Shown in pieces: positions 42,229 through 56,275 of a DNA stretch of 64,000 nt (position 1 is its first letter; each line of letters opens with the position of its first letter). The stretch lies in assembly GCF_009914755.1 (NCBI RefSeq), contig NC_060929.1; one strand, written 5' to 3'. Below the pieces are notes generated by a model. It saw only the letters and a program-made list of their open reading frames with translations, was not told the origin of the DNA and did no database searches. Origin of the DNA: the human T2T-CHM13v2.0 reference genome, Homo sapiens. The translations under genes and the position numbers were made by a program.

Positions 42229-43910
42229 TGATTTATATATTCTTATGAACAAAATTATGTGAATTCTGGCCCAAAGGCAATTGGGGGCTGTTTTATTTGA
42301 ACTCAGACTGTGTAACATGAATTGTCATCATGAGAGAGGGAAGTCTTTGCAGTTAAGCTGTTGGGGCTGCCATGTAGGTTTCTTGTGCTAAATCCTTGAG
42401 GGGGTTCCCAAACCCATAAATGAGAATCCATACTCAATCTACTTTTATGCCTAGAATCTTTTCATATGGGTACCTGAACATCTACCTCTGGCTGTTAGAG
42501 GAAACAGCAGTGATGAGATCCAGGTAGATAATGTCAACCTCCCCCTCATGATACTTCTGTGTTAAACGAAGGTGAACTGTGTCATCTTAACTCAAGTCTT
42601 TACATCCCCTTAGGTCCTCCTGGCCTGAGCTGGGAGGTATTCAGTGATGTCCTGGATGATGGGACCAGAGACATGAGCATCACTTCCTTTGGGCAGGAAG
42701 GAAGGCAGGAAACTGGGAATGACTCTTGAAGCCCACCAAGAGATTCCATTCCTACCCCATCCCCCAAGTAACCAAAGCAACCTCTAGAATCCCTACCTGG
42801 AATTTTAGGTCCCAAATTCCAAAGGTAGTCTGTGTGTAAAATTTGGGGCATTAATAACAGGTCCTTTTGGATTTGTTTCATGGCCAAGGAATCTAGAAAT
42901 ACATTCTACTCATGATCCATCCACTTTCCCTACGAGTCCCCAAGAGAAATAAGATGCAGGACAAGTATAAAAGACAGACACACTTCAGTGTTAGTTGAGC
43001 CTTTGAACCTAAACCCCAGTATAGAGAGTATCAGTGGGATACACTGTGCCACAAGTAGCACTCCTTTTTCCCACATTAGTTGAGCCCACTCTCCAACCCT
43101 GGACCCATGGCAGATACCACTAATCAATTGCAGTACTCTACTGTTGATCCCAGACAGAGCCTCAGACACTTTTTCAATACAGAGCTTTAAGAAGCTACTC
43201 CTTATTAATAGGATTAGTACTGTACAAATATAAAGCCTATAAAGTATTTTTTTGACCCACGAGATGAGTGAACACTTGCTTGGTTCTGTCCTTGTCTTGC
43301 TGCTTCCCGCAGGATTCTTCTGCTATTCTAGGCTTGGCTGCATACCCATAGATTTCAAGCTATTAAGAAAGATGTCACATACTTGGATTTGAGTCACTAA
43401 AGCTCTGCCATATAGTTCCTCTCCTTCCTTCCTCTTTTCTTAATCCTTATCATCCAAGTGATGGGAAGGCATTGTGTTTGCTTGATCTTTGTCCATGTGC
43501 TTTTTTTCTACCTCTGATTAGAGTCATGCCCTTCTACCTGGGTTATCATTTGTTGGTCTTCTCCCCACCAGCTCATACTCTCTAACAATTTTCAAAAAAG
43601 TCAAATTTTCAAAAGTTTAAACAAAGACTAACTGAAACCTTCTCTTTCATTAACAGAGAATCTAATGTGCCAAGTATGCTGACAACTTTGAATTCAATGT
43701 CTTTTAATTCATAACTGAAAATGCACCTACTGTCTGAGGGATATTTTATGTTCCACCATCTCATGATGTCTCTGGGATGCTTCTTAAATGATATTCCTGT
43801 CACTGAAGCCTCAAACCTTTCTACCTCCTTTAGAAAACTACCTTTCTCTACTTCACCCATATTGCTCCTTGGCTTCCCAGGTTGGGCCCAAATATCCCTC
43901 TACTTTCCTT

Positions 43911-44088
43911 TTATTATGTATTATTACTATTTTTAGAGAAAGAAAGAATCTTACTCTGTTACTCAGCCTGGAGTGCAGTGGCACACTCATAGCACACTGT
44001 AACCTTGAACTCCTGGCTCAATCAATCCTTCTACCTGAGTTCCCTGAGTAGCTGGGACTACAGGTGTGCACCACCATGCCCAGCTAAT
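43911..44088 (-). mobile_element. AluJ right arm / FRAM
   Basis: 'tcatagcacactgtaaccttgaactcctggctcaa' is AluJ-type. Single monomer only. Confidence 0.85.
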
Positions 44089-44192
44089 CCTCTTCTGTCC
44101 TTGAAGGAAGTCAAAGAAGATGCCAGTGAAGAGGCATAAGTGGCCAATTACTCTTAAGCCCAAAGGCTCTTAGGAATTGACTTCTGCTTCAC

Positions 44193-44376
44193 CAGAGGTG
44201 TCCAATATTTTGGCTTCCCTGGGTCACATTGGAAGAAGAAGAATTGTCTTTAGCCGTACATAAAGTACACTAACACTAACAAAAGCTGATGAGCTTAAAA
44301 AAAAAAAAAGTTCTGTGTTGGGCCACATTCAAAGCTGTCCTGGGTCTTATCCATGGGCCACAGATTGGACAAGCTT
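44193..44376. mobile_element. MER30 (hAT-Charlie)
   Basis: 'gtgtccaatattttggcttccctggg.cacattggaagaagaagaattgtc' ... 'ttggacaagcttg'. Confidence 0.88.
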
Positions 44377-46329
44377 GCTTAGAGGAAGGAATTCAAATCA
44401 CGATTTCACTCTAACTCTGTTGCTTTCACTCTGATGGAGGTATTAATCTGATGGGTTGGATTTCAGGGCCTCATTTTCCAGTGATTGGGAAGCCCTCAGG
44501 ACATAAATGGCCTGTGGATAGGCAGACTATGATTTTGATTCCATCCCTCCTGCAGCTGGTGGATGTCTTTCTTACATAATGATAAGGTTCAAAACTTAAA
44601 TTGGGTGCTGGGAAAGTGGGAGGTAGGGAACAGGCAGACTGTTCTGAGAGCCTCTTTTGTATAAAGCCACTTAGGCTCAACTAAGTCATCACAAATGGTC
44701 ATGGACAATAGATGTCCTCAATGCCCCTTATCAAGACCCTTAAAATGACTCTTAAAGCTCTAATTATCTAGTCTTGCCTCTGATCTCTCCTATATCCCGA
44801 ACCATAGTGACTTTATGAAATGTGAAAATCTGATGATATCTCTACTCTTGGAAAGGCAAAACACATTCAGAGCTCTGGGACAAGGATCAGAGAAGTGATC
44901 TTGCTTAGGAAAGACAGGCCCCTGCATCCCCATAAGCCATGACTTATTAGAGAATTCATGTTCTTATATAGAGCCACACACACCTCAGCCTGTCCAGTGG
45001 GAGCTATCATGATAAGCAGAAAAAGGAGAAGGAACTAGAAAACAATTAAATAAGAAATTGAAAATCTAAGAGTTTGGTCAAATAGGTAGCCTTGTAAGAT
45101 GCCGTCTTCTGAACCATCAGTAAGTGTCTATGTGGTCTCCCCACAAGCTGAGGATTCTGGGTCTATTTTTGGACAGGATAGCAGGGGTGTGGGCCCCAGG
45201 GTGGCAGGCTTGTCTGTTCCCATTTTTAAGCAAGGCCCAAAGCACACTTGGAGGGTTCATCCTGCCCCATCTCTCCTTCCAGGATCCTGGGCCTGATTAA
45301 GAAGCAACTCAGATGTAACACGGTGGGAAGGAGTCTCTCTTCCTTAGCAGTTCAATTGGAAGCAGCCACAGCCAGCTGTCAGCACTGAGGCAGGAAAAGC
45401 CAAAAGCAGTTGGAGGCCAGGGCAGGTGTGGTGGGAGTGGGACCGAAGGTCAGATGCAGGAGTGTGAAATGAGGCCAAGCAGGGGCCGGGAGGATGGAGG
45501 GGCCTGGAGTCTGAGGCTAGGTCAGCTCTGCAGGAAACATCTAATCTGAGCAGTGTGTGAAAATTGGAGTTTGGGGTCAGAACCAAGGGCAAGCAGAGCT
45601 TGTTTGGAAGATGGGGCCAGGTTTCAGGACAGAGCCTTGGTTGGGAGAAAAAAATCACTTCTAGGGGATAGAAGGCCAGAGCATCACCAGAGAGGCCAAG
45701 CTTATCTTGGTTCTCCCCTTTCTTCTAAAAATTTTTACCTCCTCTGGTCTTAAAAGTGCAGTCGTCCAAAACTAGTATCTGTTGTAGAGGGAGGTGCTGT
45801 TTAGCATTAAATAATCAAAAGACATCAGCAATGTGTGGGAAGCCCAGGAGGGGACAACATCTCAGCTGAGGAGCCCCCTGCATTCATTACCTTCTGGTGC
45901 AGCGCTGAGCGGCATAAGCGGGCTGCTTCAACCCTTCTTTGGGTGTAAGGCATATGCATTAACAAGTATCCTTCATTTCAAGAACATTCTATATTTTCTG
46001 TGATGAATTTTGAAATAAGTGTTCACCCTGAGGCATCATAAAACCAAATTTGAAAACCACCAGCATGACCAGTATCCAGGTAGCTTTGAGGATAAAAAGA
46101 GCAGGAGTGGTTCCTGTACAGCCTCTGTCCTTCCTTCTGTCCTCTGCAAGGACTTATGAGCTCCTTTTCTGGACCAGGATGGCCTTCCCCAATAGATCAT
46201 ACACTTGGAGATGAGCTTCTCAAAACTCTCCAGCATTTTCTTTCCAGTCTCCCGGCTCTCCAAAAGATCTGTAGGGCTGACCAACATTTTATACTCATTT
46301 TGTAGGTTAAAACCAAAAGCCACAAAGTT

Positions 46330-46621
46330 AGCCAGGTGCGGTGGCTCACACCTGCAATCCCAGCACTTTGGGAGGCTGAGGCAGGAGGATTGCTCGAGGC
46401 CAGGAGTTCGAGACCAGCCTGGCCAACATGGTGAAACCCCATCTCTACTAAAAATACAAAAAATTAGCCAAGTGTGAGGCTGGGCGTTTGTAATCCCACC
46501 TACTCAGGAGGCTGAGGCAGGAGAATCACTTGAACCTGGGAGGCAGAGATAGCAGTGAGCCAAGATTACGCCACTGCACTCCAGCCTGGGTGACAGAGCG
46601 AGACTCTGTCTCAAAATAAAT
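46330..46621 (+). mobile_element. AluS (Sz/Sx-like)
   Basis: Full dimer. TSD core 'aaaagccac'. Confidence 0.95.
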
Positions 46622-49076
46622 AAAAGCCACCAAATGGGCTTGTTTAGGGTCAAAACAGTCTTCAAAAAAACAAGATACTCATCATTTGCATGACTCAAGG
46701 ATGCCAGATAGTTAAGCCAATTGTTTACTTTATGATTATTCTGCTCCACGATGCTGCTTTGCCTAGCGTTCCTTTCATACAATTCTCCAGCTTTAAAATG
46801 TTATGTGATTAATAGGAAAAAGAGGTAGGCAGTCTGGCTTCCCACTGAGAGATGTGACTCACCCTCATAACTTTAATGGCCTTAATGTGTAATGCCCTGT
46901 GACTGAACTTGAATATCTGTGGAAGGGATTCTCTTATCACTGTGTTTGCAGCCTATTCTCGGAACCATCAGAGGATCATATCAGAAATCTCCCAGTCTCT
47001 GATGTGAGTCTGGTGAGGGTATTCATACACAAATACCCTTTCTTCGTTTCATACAAACATTTTTCCTCTCTGAAATATCCTTTCTTAGCCATGTGATAAT
47101 TATCACCTGCAAGGGACACCATGAAGAGAGGCCCAGGTGCCACCCAGCCTTGCTTTGCTTCTAGTTCTCTGCAAGGGCCCTCAAATGCTTGTTGAGTGTA
47201 ACCTCTCTTCAGGGCAGCACTAACCTCCTCTGAGTGGCCACCTGCAACCCCATACCACTCATTCATTGCTGGGAGGTAACAGCTACACCGTGGTGAGCAG
47301 TCTTTGGTAACAGAATGACTCAGAATCAAATCCACCCCTCACAGGTGAAAGATGTGTGACTTTAGGTACAACATCCGTGTCACTGAATCTGTTGATCTGT
47401 TAGAAAGATAAAATGACTAACAGAAAGAATGTCCCAATTGTAAAAATTAATTTGAAAATCGTAAATGTGCTTAAGGATAGCTTCAAGGATAAAATAGGTA
47501 GGGCCAGTGTCAGGTGCAACCTCTGAACTTCCTCCTGTCCTGTGACTTACTGAGGACTGCAATGTGCCAGAAGCTGCATTCACTGCTAAGGATAGAGCAA
47601 TCAACAAGAACAACTGGTCTTTTATCCCAAAGAGCACATATTGGGAGACAAGCATCTCAAAAATTATTCTGCCCTGGCACATGGTAGGCCCTCAGACACA
47701 GGTGGTTATTGTTCACTGAATTATTCTACATCCGGAAAACATATTATGTTTTTGCTACACTTCTCTAACCCTGGCTTGGTGTCCTACAGCTAAGGAGAGA
47801 GCAAGAACGGTTTTTCTTTTCTCTGCCATTAATACAATGTTCCCAGTAAGAGTTCGATAAAATTTTTGTTATGTAACTAACCACTGTTAGCAAAATTCAA
47901 CTTCCAGGAGAGATTTTTCAGAACAGCACACAGTGTCAAGAGTGGCATGTGGAAAATCACCTCTTACACTTTAAGCTCTGGTTAGAGACAGAAAAGGAAA
48001 ATGAACAATGATCCCTGCCCTTCCATAGTCAGCTGGGTAAGGCAGGGTGGAATCAAACAGAATAATCTTAGCAAACTCATGTAAGAAGCCCATCCCCAGT
48101 GGTGAGTGAACAGAGGGGAATGCACATGCTAAGAGAAGTCTAGCTTTGCCGGATCTCACTAAGATTTTATGTGTACTTTTCCCATTTTACTACTATGAGA
48201 AACAACCCAATGAGGGTGTGTAAGGAAAAAAGGAAAGAAACCCACAAAATGTAATTGTTATGTGCGTGACATAATGTAGGTGATTTTAACAGCAGGTAGA
48301 AATAAGCTCCTTCAGTAAATTAATTCAACTGTAGTGGCAAAGCATCCTGAAACCACAGAGGCTGCTCCTGGCAAACCCTCAGTTCCTTGGCAGCAGTGCT
48401 TAAACACAACTTTATGTATTAAAATAGGAGAACCTCCTTTCCAGGAGAATGAGCCAGGAAAATCAAATAAAACAGCAACTTCTCAAGTCATTTCAAGTTG
48501 AAGAAAATGCTGATCAAGTGGGCCGAATAAAATGAGTTGTGTTTCTAAAATAAGAAAGGTGGGTGTCTCTAAGAGTGGAAGTTGGTTTCATGACCTTTCC
48601 TGGTAATAGAAATCTCTTATATCTCTTAGGTCACATATTTCCACCAAGCCCCTCCTCACCACCAAACAAATACAACAAAACCACCTCAGAATCATCCCTC
48701 TGTTTGACTGTCAGCAATGTGATCTTCAGTAAAATCTGCAGACCCATCTTGGAAAAACTTCACATGGTTTCTAGCCTAAAGGTGATTTTGTTTTTTGGTG
48801 AATCTCACCAATGTGGACATACACATCACAGGATTTATTTCAGATTGAAGCTGGATCTTCTACTCTGATTCAAGTTCTGAAATGTAAAGGTTGTTGAGGA
48901 GAAAAAATACCCAGAAACAGTTTCTCACAGTTCATTCAGTTCATTAAAATCGAGTTTTAGGTTATTGAAAATTATTTTCTTCCACATTTTGGAATAATAA
49001 TTGTCCCTACGAACATTAGGGCAACATTGCTCGTGCAGTTTGGAACACTGATTACTAAGGCAAGAAAACCAGCTGG

Positions 49077-49372
<296 letters not shown>

Positions 49373-50047
49373 ACAAGAAAACCAGTTGGTATGTCTTAGA
49401 AATATTTTCAACCCCGTAAGTTAAAATTAAAAAGGCTCTATGGCTAAAACAGAGTTAAGCAGAAAGTTCAGTTTGGAAAAACATTATATTCACTGATATT
49501 TTTGGTTACTCAACATTTTGTTTCATTCTGCATTAGAATGAAAGGTTAATCATTCACTACTTGATGAGATGCTGCCTGGCATAATAGTGTGGGCTGGACA
49601 AAAAGCGACTTGGCTTTGTTTGTGTTTTGCTGTAAAGTAGCCTGGTGGCTCAGGGAAATTACTTAACCTCTTGGAGGTTCAGAATGCTCAAATGGATTAA
49701 GATATCAAATTGGAGACTTTATAAGACCCTGTAGTTCTAAGTGACTTCCATGTGCTTCCAAGTCATTTACCAGGTACTACAGGTGAAGCCAGAGACACTG
49801 GCCATGAGTTATCTTCAAGGTCAACTGTGATCATCTCAATCTCTTCCTAAAAACTGTCAATCATTTCCAAACACCTACTGAACAAAATTCTATGGATACC
49901 ATTGAAAGCTTCCTACCAATGAAGATAAAGGAAAAGAAAAAAAGGAATTTTCTCTGCCCCCAGGTGAGAAATGAAATCTCTTTCACCATTGTACTTTCTA
50001 CCACAGTAATTGTTGCTAAGCAAGTAGCTCGACAGAGTGATGTGAGG

Positions 50048-50310
50048 TTTTTTTTTTTTTTTTTTTTTTGAGACGGAGTCTCGCTCTTTCACCCAGGCTG
50101 GAGTGCGGTGGGCGCAATCTCAGCTCACTGCAGGCTCTGCCCCCTGGGGTTCAGGCCATTCTCCTGCCTCAGCCTCCCGCGTAGCTGGGACTACAGGCGC
50201 CCGCCACCTCGCCTGGCTAACTTTTTGTATTTTTAGTAGAAACGGGGTTTCACGGTGTTAGCCAGGATGGTTTGATCTCCTGACCTCGTGATCCGCCCAC
50301 CTAGGCCTCC
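50048..50310 (-). mobile_element. 5'-truncated AluY (AluYe-like right arm)
   Basis: Antisense Alu ending at 'gcctcc'. TSD 'gaggtttt'. Alu-sense 'gaaccccagggggcagagcctgcagtgag'. Confidence 0.93.
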
Positions 50311-50582
50311 GAGGTTTTAAACAGACATGACAGCCCCTTTCTAGCAACCTCCAGATTCAAGGTTAGTGAGGGTTACATGGACTCTGGGATTCTAGGTATT
50401 AGAGGCTGCGGTTACTCAGCAGCTGTTTACCAAGTTAATTGCCCTCTCTTTCTAGAAAAACAACTAGACTAAGTTTCCTGGCCTCCCTTGCAGGTAATTG
50501 TTACTTTGTCGTGGCATTCTGTCCTACAGAATATGGGTGGATGATACCTTTTCCAGGCCTAGCCCATGAAAACCTCTCACCT

Positions 50583-50887
<305 letters not shown>

Positions 50888-52136
50888 CTAATTCTCAATT
50901 TCCTGTTGCCACCCATCTGCCAGCTGAATTGAAGATGGCAGCCTGGGTTCCTGAATGACTGTCTTCCACCACAGACTACACTCTGCAAGAGTAAAGAATC
51001 AACTTATTTTGTGTTCAACTGCAGAAAATCTGGGTGTTGTTTTTTTTTTGTTTGTTTGTTTTTGTTTTTGTCACAGCAACTAAATTAGCTGCATATAGAA
51101 ATGTCTGCCTATATACAAAAAAAAGGTATTTGCACTATTGATTTCTTCAATGGGAGCTTTTAAGCTTTCACCTAATTAAGTCAATAAACCATCCACTATA
51201 GTTCTGATACCAGTTCCTGGGGTCTTAATGAAGGAATGAATACTGAATAAATCACTGGAAAAAGAAAAAGTAGATAATTAAGTAAATCATTGAATAAATA
51301 AATAAACAGGCTTGTCAGTGGTAGGTGCTCCAGAGTGGGGTAAGATGACAAAAACATCTTCTTCCCTGGGCCTTTTTATGTCTGGAACAGCTGAGCACAA
51401 CCACTGATTTATTCCTCGAGAAGTGTGACATGAATTGTGATGCAGGCCTAGGACTCTGAGACAGTTAACAAGAGGCTCAGAGAGAGATTGGCTGACCCAC
51501 AGCTACTGCCCTGAGACTGAGTAGTGTAGTGGGGAGGCCAATAGAGGGAGATAAATGAAGTGCCATCTAATTAAGAAACAGGGCAATGGCTCATCCTAGG
51601 GCTGAGAAGGAAAGAGAGGCTGCTTCTACCAGGTTCTCCATCCTGCAACACAAGGTATGTCCAATTATAATTTCCAAACAATTAAGAGCGTGACTATGTG
51701 TTAAAGATTATTAATTTAATAATGAGGGAGTTGGTAAAATGGTAAAGCTGGTTCAAAGAGCATTTTAAAAAATAAGGGACTCTTACATAATCCAGGAGAG
51801 AAGGCATTCTGAAATAAATTTGCCGTTAGACAGAAAATTGGAATATCATACAGGACAATAAAATATAACTTTTAGGATTATCTATTTTAACAGAGAGAAA
51901 TCTATGTTACATGTAACTTTATTGTATCTAATCCCTTAAAAGCAGATATATCCCCACATATAATTAATCTTTGAATAAGCCTATGAAATAATATTCTAGT
52001 ATGACATTGAAAGGACATGGTGCTCACTTTTCTGCCTCATTTCTAAGTTTTAAAAGATTTTTTCCTAGCAGTCCCCCTAGTTTGATCATAAATAATCTGC
52101 AAAGATTATTCTCTATCACAAAAAAACTGATGGTCT

Positions 52137-52835
52137 TGAAAGGAGGTGTCAGCTGGGCTTCCTGGGTCAAGTAGGGGCCCAGAAAGCTGTGAAACTCACT
52201 CATTTTCTGCATCAGGACTTACTTCGGTCTTGGATGAATAATATTGAAGATATATGCTTAAAATATTCCTAACATCAGAATTTGTGCATGTGTTTTCTTC
52301 CCCAAGAAAGCTATAAACAGCAAAAATTTTGTTGTAAGCTTCCCTGTGTCCTCTCTCCCTCTCTCCCTTCCCCCTCCTCTGAAACTAAAAGGAATGTTAA
52401 AAGCCCATTTTTCTGTGACCAGCAGACCTTATCTATGCTCCCAGTTACAATTCCTTATAAACACATTTGTAAAATCCTGTGAGATCCTGTCTCCTTTGCC
52501 ATGTAGCTGCAAGGTTAGAAAGTAGATAAAACTTAAGTTGCAATTCCGGTTTTCCTCAAGATCTGAGACATGTTAATTGTCTTTGTTTCTCGCTCTGGTA
52601 ACATCTTCCCACTGCACGTATTTCCCGCCTTAAAGAGTTTAAAAGGTGATCAAAAAATCTAATACTGGCTACCCACTCGGGACCCCTTCCACACTGTGGA
52701 AGCTTTGTACTGTCACTCTGTTCAATAAAGCCTACAGCTTTTTTTCTCTTGGTCCAATCCGTGTCTGTCTCTCACCACGGGCTGCCGTCACACTAAATCT
52801 TTGGCGTAGCTAAGGTAAGAACCTTTGGCGTTACA
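52137..52835 (+). mobile_element. Solo ERV1 LTR (LTR30-like)
   Basis: TG...CA termini, AATAAA at ~52724, 4-bp TSD 'gtct' (52133-52136 / 52836-52839). Family name from memory. Confidence 0.8.
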
Positions 52836-53691
52836 GTCTCATGGTGTTTTAGCTTGATTATTTACAAAAGTGAAACAAGAGGTATTAATTAACCATAAAA
52901 GCCTCCATGAGCATATAGTACTAAGCAACTACTAAGGCCAGATAATTTAACTTCTGTTTGGAAATTTTATTAAGGAATCTCAGGTAGAGCTTTTTAAAAG
53001 ACTCAATTGTTCTATCTTCTAGCCTGTGGCTAAAAGCAGGCCCAAGAAACTCCACCACATTTCATATGCAGAACCTCTACATTTTGGTCATTCAGCTTTT
53101 AAAACTGTGTTGAGCTAATTAAGAAGTATGCATAAAAGAACTAGCTATTGCTAGCATCCCATTAAATCTTAGAAGATCTCAAAGGATGTCAGGTGTAAAA
53201 TTTACAAGAGATAAACAACCCCATTAAAAAGTGGGCAAGGGACGTGAACACTTTTCAAAAGAAGACAGACATGTGGCCAACAAGCATATGACAAAAAGCT
53301 TAATATTAGTGATCATTAGAGAAATGCACATTAAAACCACAATGAGATATTACCTCATACCAGCCATAATGGCTATTATTAAAAAGCCAAAAAATAATGG
53401 ATGCTGGCGAGGCTGTGGAGAAAAGGGAATGCTTATAGACTGTTGGTGAGAGTGTAAATTTGTTCAACCATTGTGGAAAGCAGCATGGTGATTTCTCAAA
53501 GAGCTAAAAGCAGAACTACCATTCAACCCAGCAATCCCATTACTGGGTATATACCCAGAGGAATGTAATGCATTTTACCATAAAGACGCATGCATGTGAA
53601 TGTTCATTGCAACACTATTCACAATAGCAAAGATATGGAATCATCCTAAAATCATCAAAATCCATTTTTATGGCTATAAAAATAAGATCAT

Positions 53692-54083
53692 TGTCAGGCT
53701 TATGAGCCCAGGCTAAGCCATCATATCCCCTGTAACCTGCACGTATACATCCAGATGGCCTGAAGTAACTGAAGAATCGCAAAAGAAATGAAAACGGCCT
53801 GTTCCTGCCTTAGCTGATGACATTACCTTGTGAAATTCCTTCTCCCAGCTCAGAAGCTCTCCCACTGAGCACCTTGTGACCCCCACCCCTGCCCACCAGA
53901 GAACAAACCCCCTTTGACTGTAATTTTCCATTACCTACCCAAATCTTATAAAACAGCCCCACCCCTATCTCCCTTTGCCGACTTTCTTTTCGGACTCAGC
54001 CCGCCTGCACCCAGGTGAAATAAACAGCCTTGTTGCTCACACAAAGCCTGTTTGGTGGTCTCTTCACATGGGCACAAGTGAAA
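53692..54083 (+). promoter_or_regulatory. HERV-H 5' LTR (LTR7 family) with TATA box (53947), GT-box and AATAAA (54019)
   Basis: 'tgtcaggc...ttataaaacagccccaccc...aataaacagcc...gtgaaa'. Confidence 0.92.
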
Positions 54084-54085
54084 TT

Positions 54086-54103
54086 TGGTGCTGTGACTCG
54101 GAT
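54086..54103 (+). other. Primer binding site complementary to tRNA-His
   Basis: tggtgctgtgactcggat vs canonical TGGTGCCGTGACTCGGAT (1 mismatch). Confidence 0.95.
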
Positions 54104-54539
54104 TGGGGGACCTCCCTTGGGAGATCAATCCCCTGTCCTCCTGCTCTTTGCTCTGTGAGAAAAATCCACCTATGACCTCAGGTCCTCAGACCAACCAGCC
54201 CAAGGAACATCTCACCAATTTTAAATTGGGTAAGCGGCCTCTTTTTACTCTCTTCTCTAACCTCTCTCACTATCCCTCAACCTCTTTCTCCTTTCAATCT
54301 TGGGGCCATCTTTCAATCTCTCCCTTCTCTGAATTTCACTTCCTTTCCTTTTCTGGTAGAGACAGGAGACGCATTTTATCCGTGAACCCAAAACTCCAGC
54401 GCCAGTCACAGACTTGGGAAGACAGTCTTCCCTTGGTGTTTAATCATGCGGGGACATCTGCTTGATTATTCACCCACGTTTCAGAGGTGTCTGACCATGC
54501 GGGGATGCCTGCCATGGTCCTTCACTCTTAGTGGCAAGT

Positions 54540-54780
54540 ACCGCTTTTCTGGGGGGCAAGAACCCCCCGACCCCTTCTCTCCATGTCTCTACCTCTTTTC
54601 CACTTTCCTGGGGAGCAAGTACCGCCCACCCATTCTCTCCGTGTCTCTACCCCTTTTCCACTTTTCTGTGGGGCAAGCACCCCCCACCCCTTCTGTCCGT
54701 GTCTCTACCCCTTTTCCGCTTTTCTTGGGAGCAAGCACCCCCCACTCCTTCTCTCCATATCTCTACTCTCTCTTTTCTCT
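54540..54780 (+). repeat. ~57-bp pyrimidine-rich tandem repeat (about 4 copies) in the HERV-H leader
   Basis: 'gcaag[c/t/a]acc...ccttctctccgtgtctctacccc.ttt.cc.ctttt' recurs. Confidence 0.88.
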
Positions 54781-54854
54781 GGGCTTGCCTCCTTCACCAT
54801 AGGCAACTTTCCACCCTCCATTCCTCCTTCTTCTCCCTTAGCCTGTGTTCTCAA

Positions 54855-55735
54855 AAACTTAAAACCTCTTCAACTCATACCTGACCTAAAACCTAAATGC
54901 TTTATTTTCTTCTGCAACACCACTTGGCTCCAATACAAACTTGACAATGGCTCTTAATGGCCAGAAAATGACACTTTCGATTTCTCCATCCTATAAGACC
55001 TAGATAATTTTTGTCAAAAAATGAGCAAATGGTCTGAGGTGCCTTACATCCAGGCATTTTTCACACTTCCTTCCCTCCCTAGTCTCTGTTCCCAATGCAA
55101 TTCCTCCCAAATCCTCCTCAGTCCCAACCCTAAGCATCACTGAGTCTTTCCAATCTTCCTTTTCTACAGACCCATCTGACCTCTCCCCTCCTCCCCAGGC
55201 TGCTCGTCACCAGAGTGAGCCAGGTCTCAATTCTTTCTCAGCCTCCACTCCTCCACCCTATAATCCTTCGGTCACCTCCCCTCCTCACACCTGGTCCAGC
55301 TTACAGCTTAGTTCCATGACTAGCTCTCCTCCACCTGCCCAACAATTTCCTCTTAGAGAGGTGGCTGGAGCTGAAGGCATAGTCAGGGTACATGTGCCTT
55401 TTTCTCTATCAGACCTCTCTCAGATCAGTCAGCGTTTAGGCTCTTTCTCATCAGACCCCACTAAATATATACAGGAATTCAGATATCTAACTGTGTCCTA
55501 CAATTTAACCTGGAGTGACTTAAATGTCATCTTAACTTCTACCCTCTCCCCAGATGCACGGGAAAGAGTTTTTTCTCTGGCCCAATCTCATGCTGACAAC
55601 TGCTGGCTCCATGAGCCAGACCTCCAGGAAGGCATTAGAGCAGTTCCCTGAAAGGATCCCCAATGGAACTATCAGGCAGATTCCCCAGCTATAGCTAGGT
55701 GAGATTACATGATTTCCTGCCTAGTTAAAGGGCTT
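54855..55735 (+). pseudogene. gag: HERV-H gag remnant (matrix to N-terminal capsid), with in-frame stops, truncated
   Basis: FFCNTTWLQYKLDNGS*WPENDTFDF..; VHVPFSLSDLSQISQRLGSFSSDPTKYIQEFRYLTVSYNLTWSDLNVILTSTLSPDARERV (gammaretroviral-type capsid). Confidence 0.92.
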
Positions 55736-55891
55736 AGTCATCTAGGTTCCCATGTCACCCCTAATCCTGCTTGAAGCAGCCCTGAGAAACATCGCCCATT
55801 ACCTTTCCACACCACCCCCCAAAATTTTCACCACCCCAACAGTTTACCACTATTTTGCTTTATTTTTCTTATTAATATAAGAAGACAGGAA

Positions 55892-56275
55892 TGTCAGGCC
55901 TCTGAGCCCAAGCTAAGCCATCATAGCCCCTGTGACCTGCATGTCCAGATGGCCTGAAGTAACTGAAGAATCACAAAAGAAGTGAAAATGGCCTGTTCCT
56001 GCCTTAACTGATGACATTACCTTGTGAAATTCCTTCTCCTGGTTCAGAAGCTCCCCCACTGAGCACCTTGTGACCCCCGCCCCTGCCCACCAGAAAACTA
56101 CCAGCTTTGACTGTAATTTTCCACTACCTAACCAAATCTTATAAAACAGCCCCACCCCATCTCCCTTCACTGACTCTCTTTTCGGACTCAGCCCGCCTGC
56201 AGCCGGGTGAAATAAACAGCCTTGTTGCTCACACAAAGTCTGTTTGGTGGTCTTTTCACACAGACACAAGTGAAA
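55892..56275 (+). repeat. HERV-H 3' LTR (LTR7 family), AATAAA at 56211
   Basis: Direct repeat of 53692-54083. Confidence 0.95.

Larger units (their letters stand above)
53692..56275 (+). mobile_element. Internally deleted HERV-H provirus (LTR7 - leader - 5' gag - 3' region - LTR7), 2.58 kb
   Basis: Two LTR7-type repeats (53692-54083 and 55892-56275), tRNA-His PBS, gag peptides, PPT 'aagaagacaggaa', 5-bp TSD 'atcat'. Confidence 0.97.

Noticed and set aside
54086-54103. tRNA-like sequence as a tRNA gene
   Set aside because: Only the 18-nt retroviral primer binding site. No cloverleaf.
55316-55651. 111-aa capsid-like ORF as a domesticated gag gene
   Set aside because: Flanked by in-frame stops, truncated, and typical of decayed HERV-H gag. 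No evidence of preservation.
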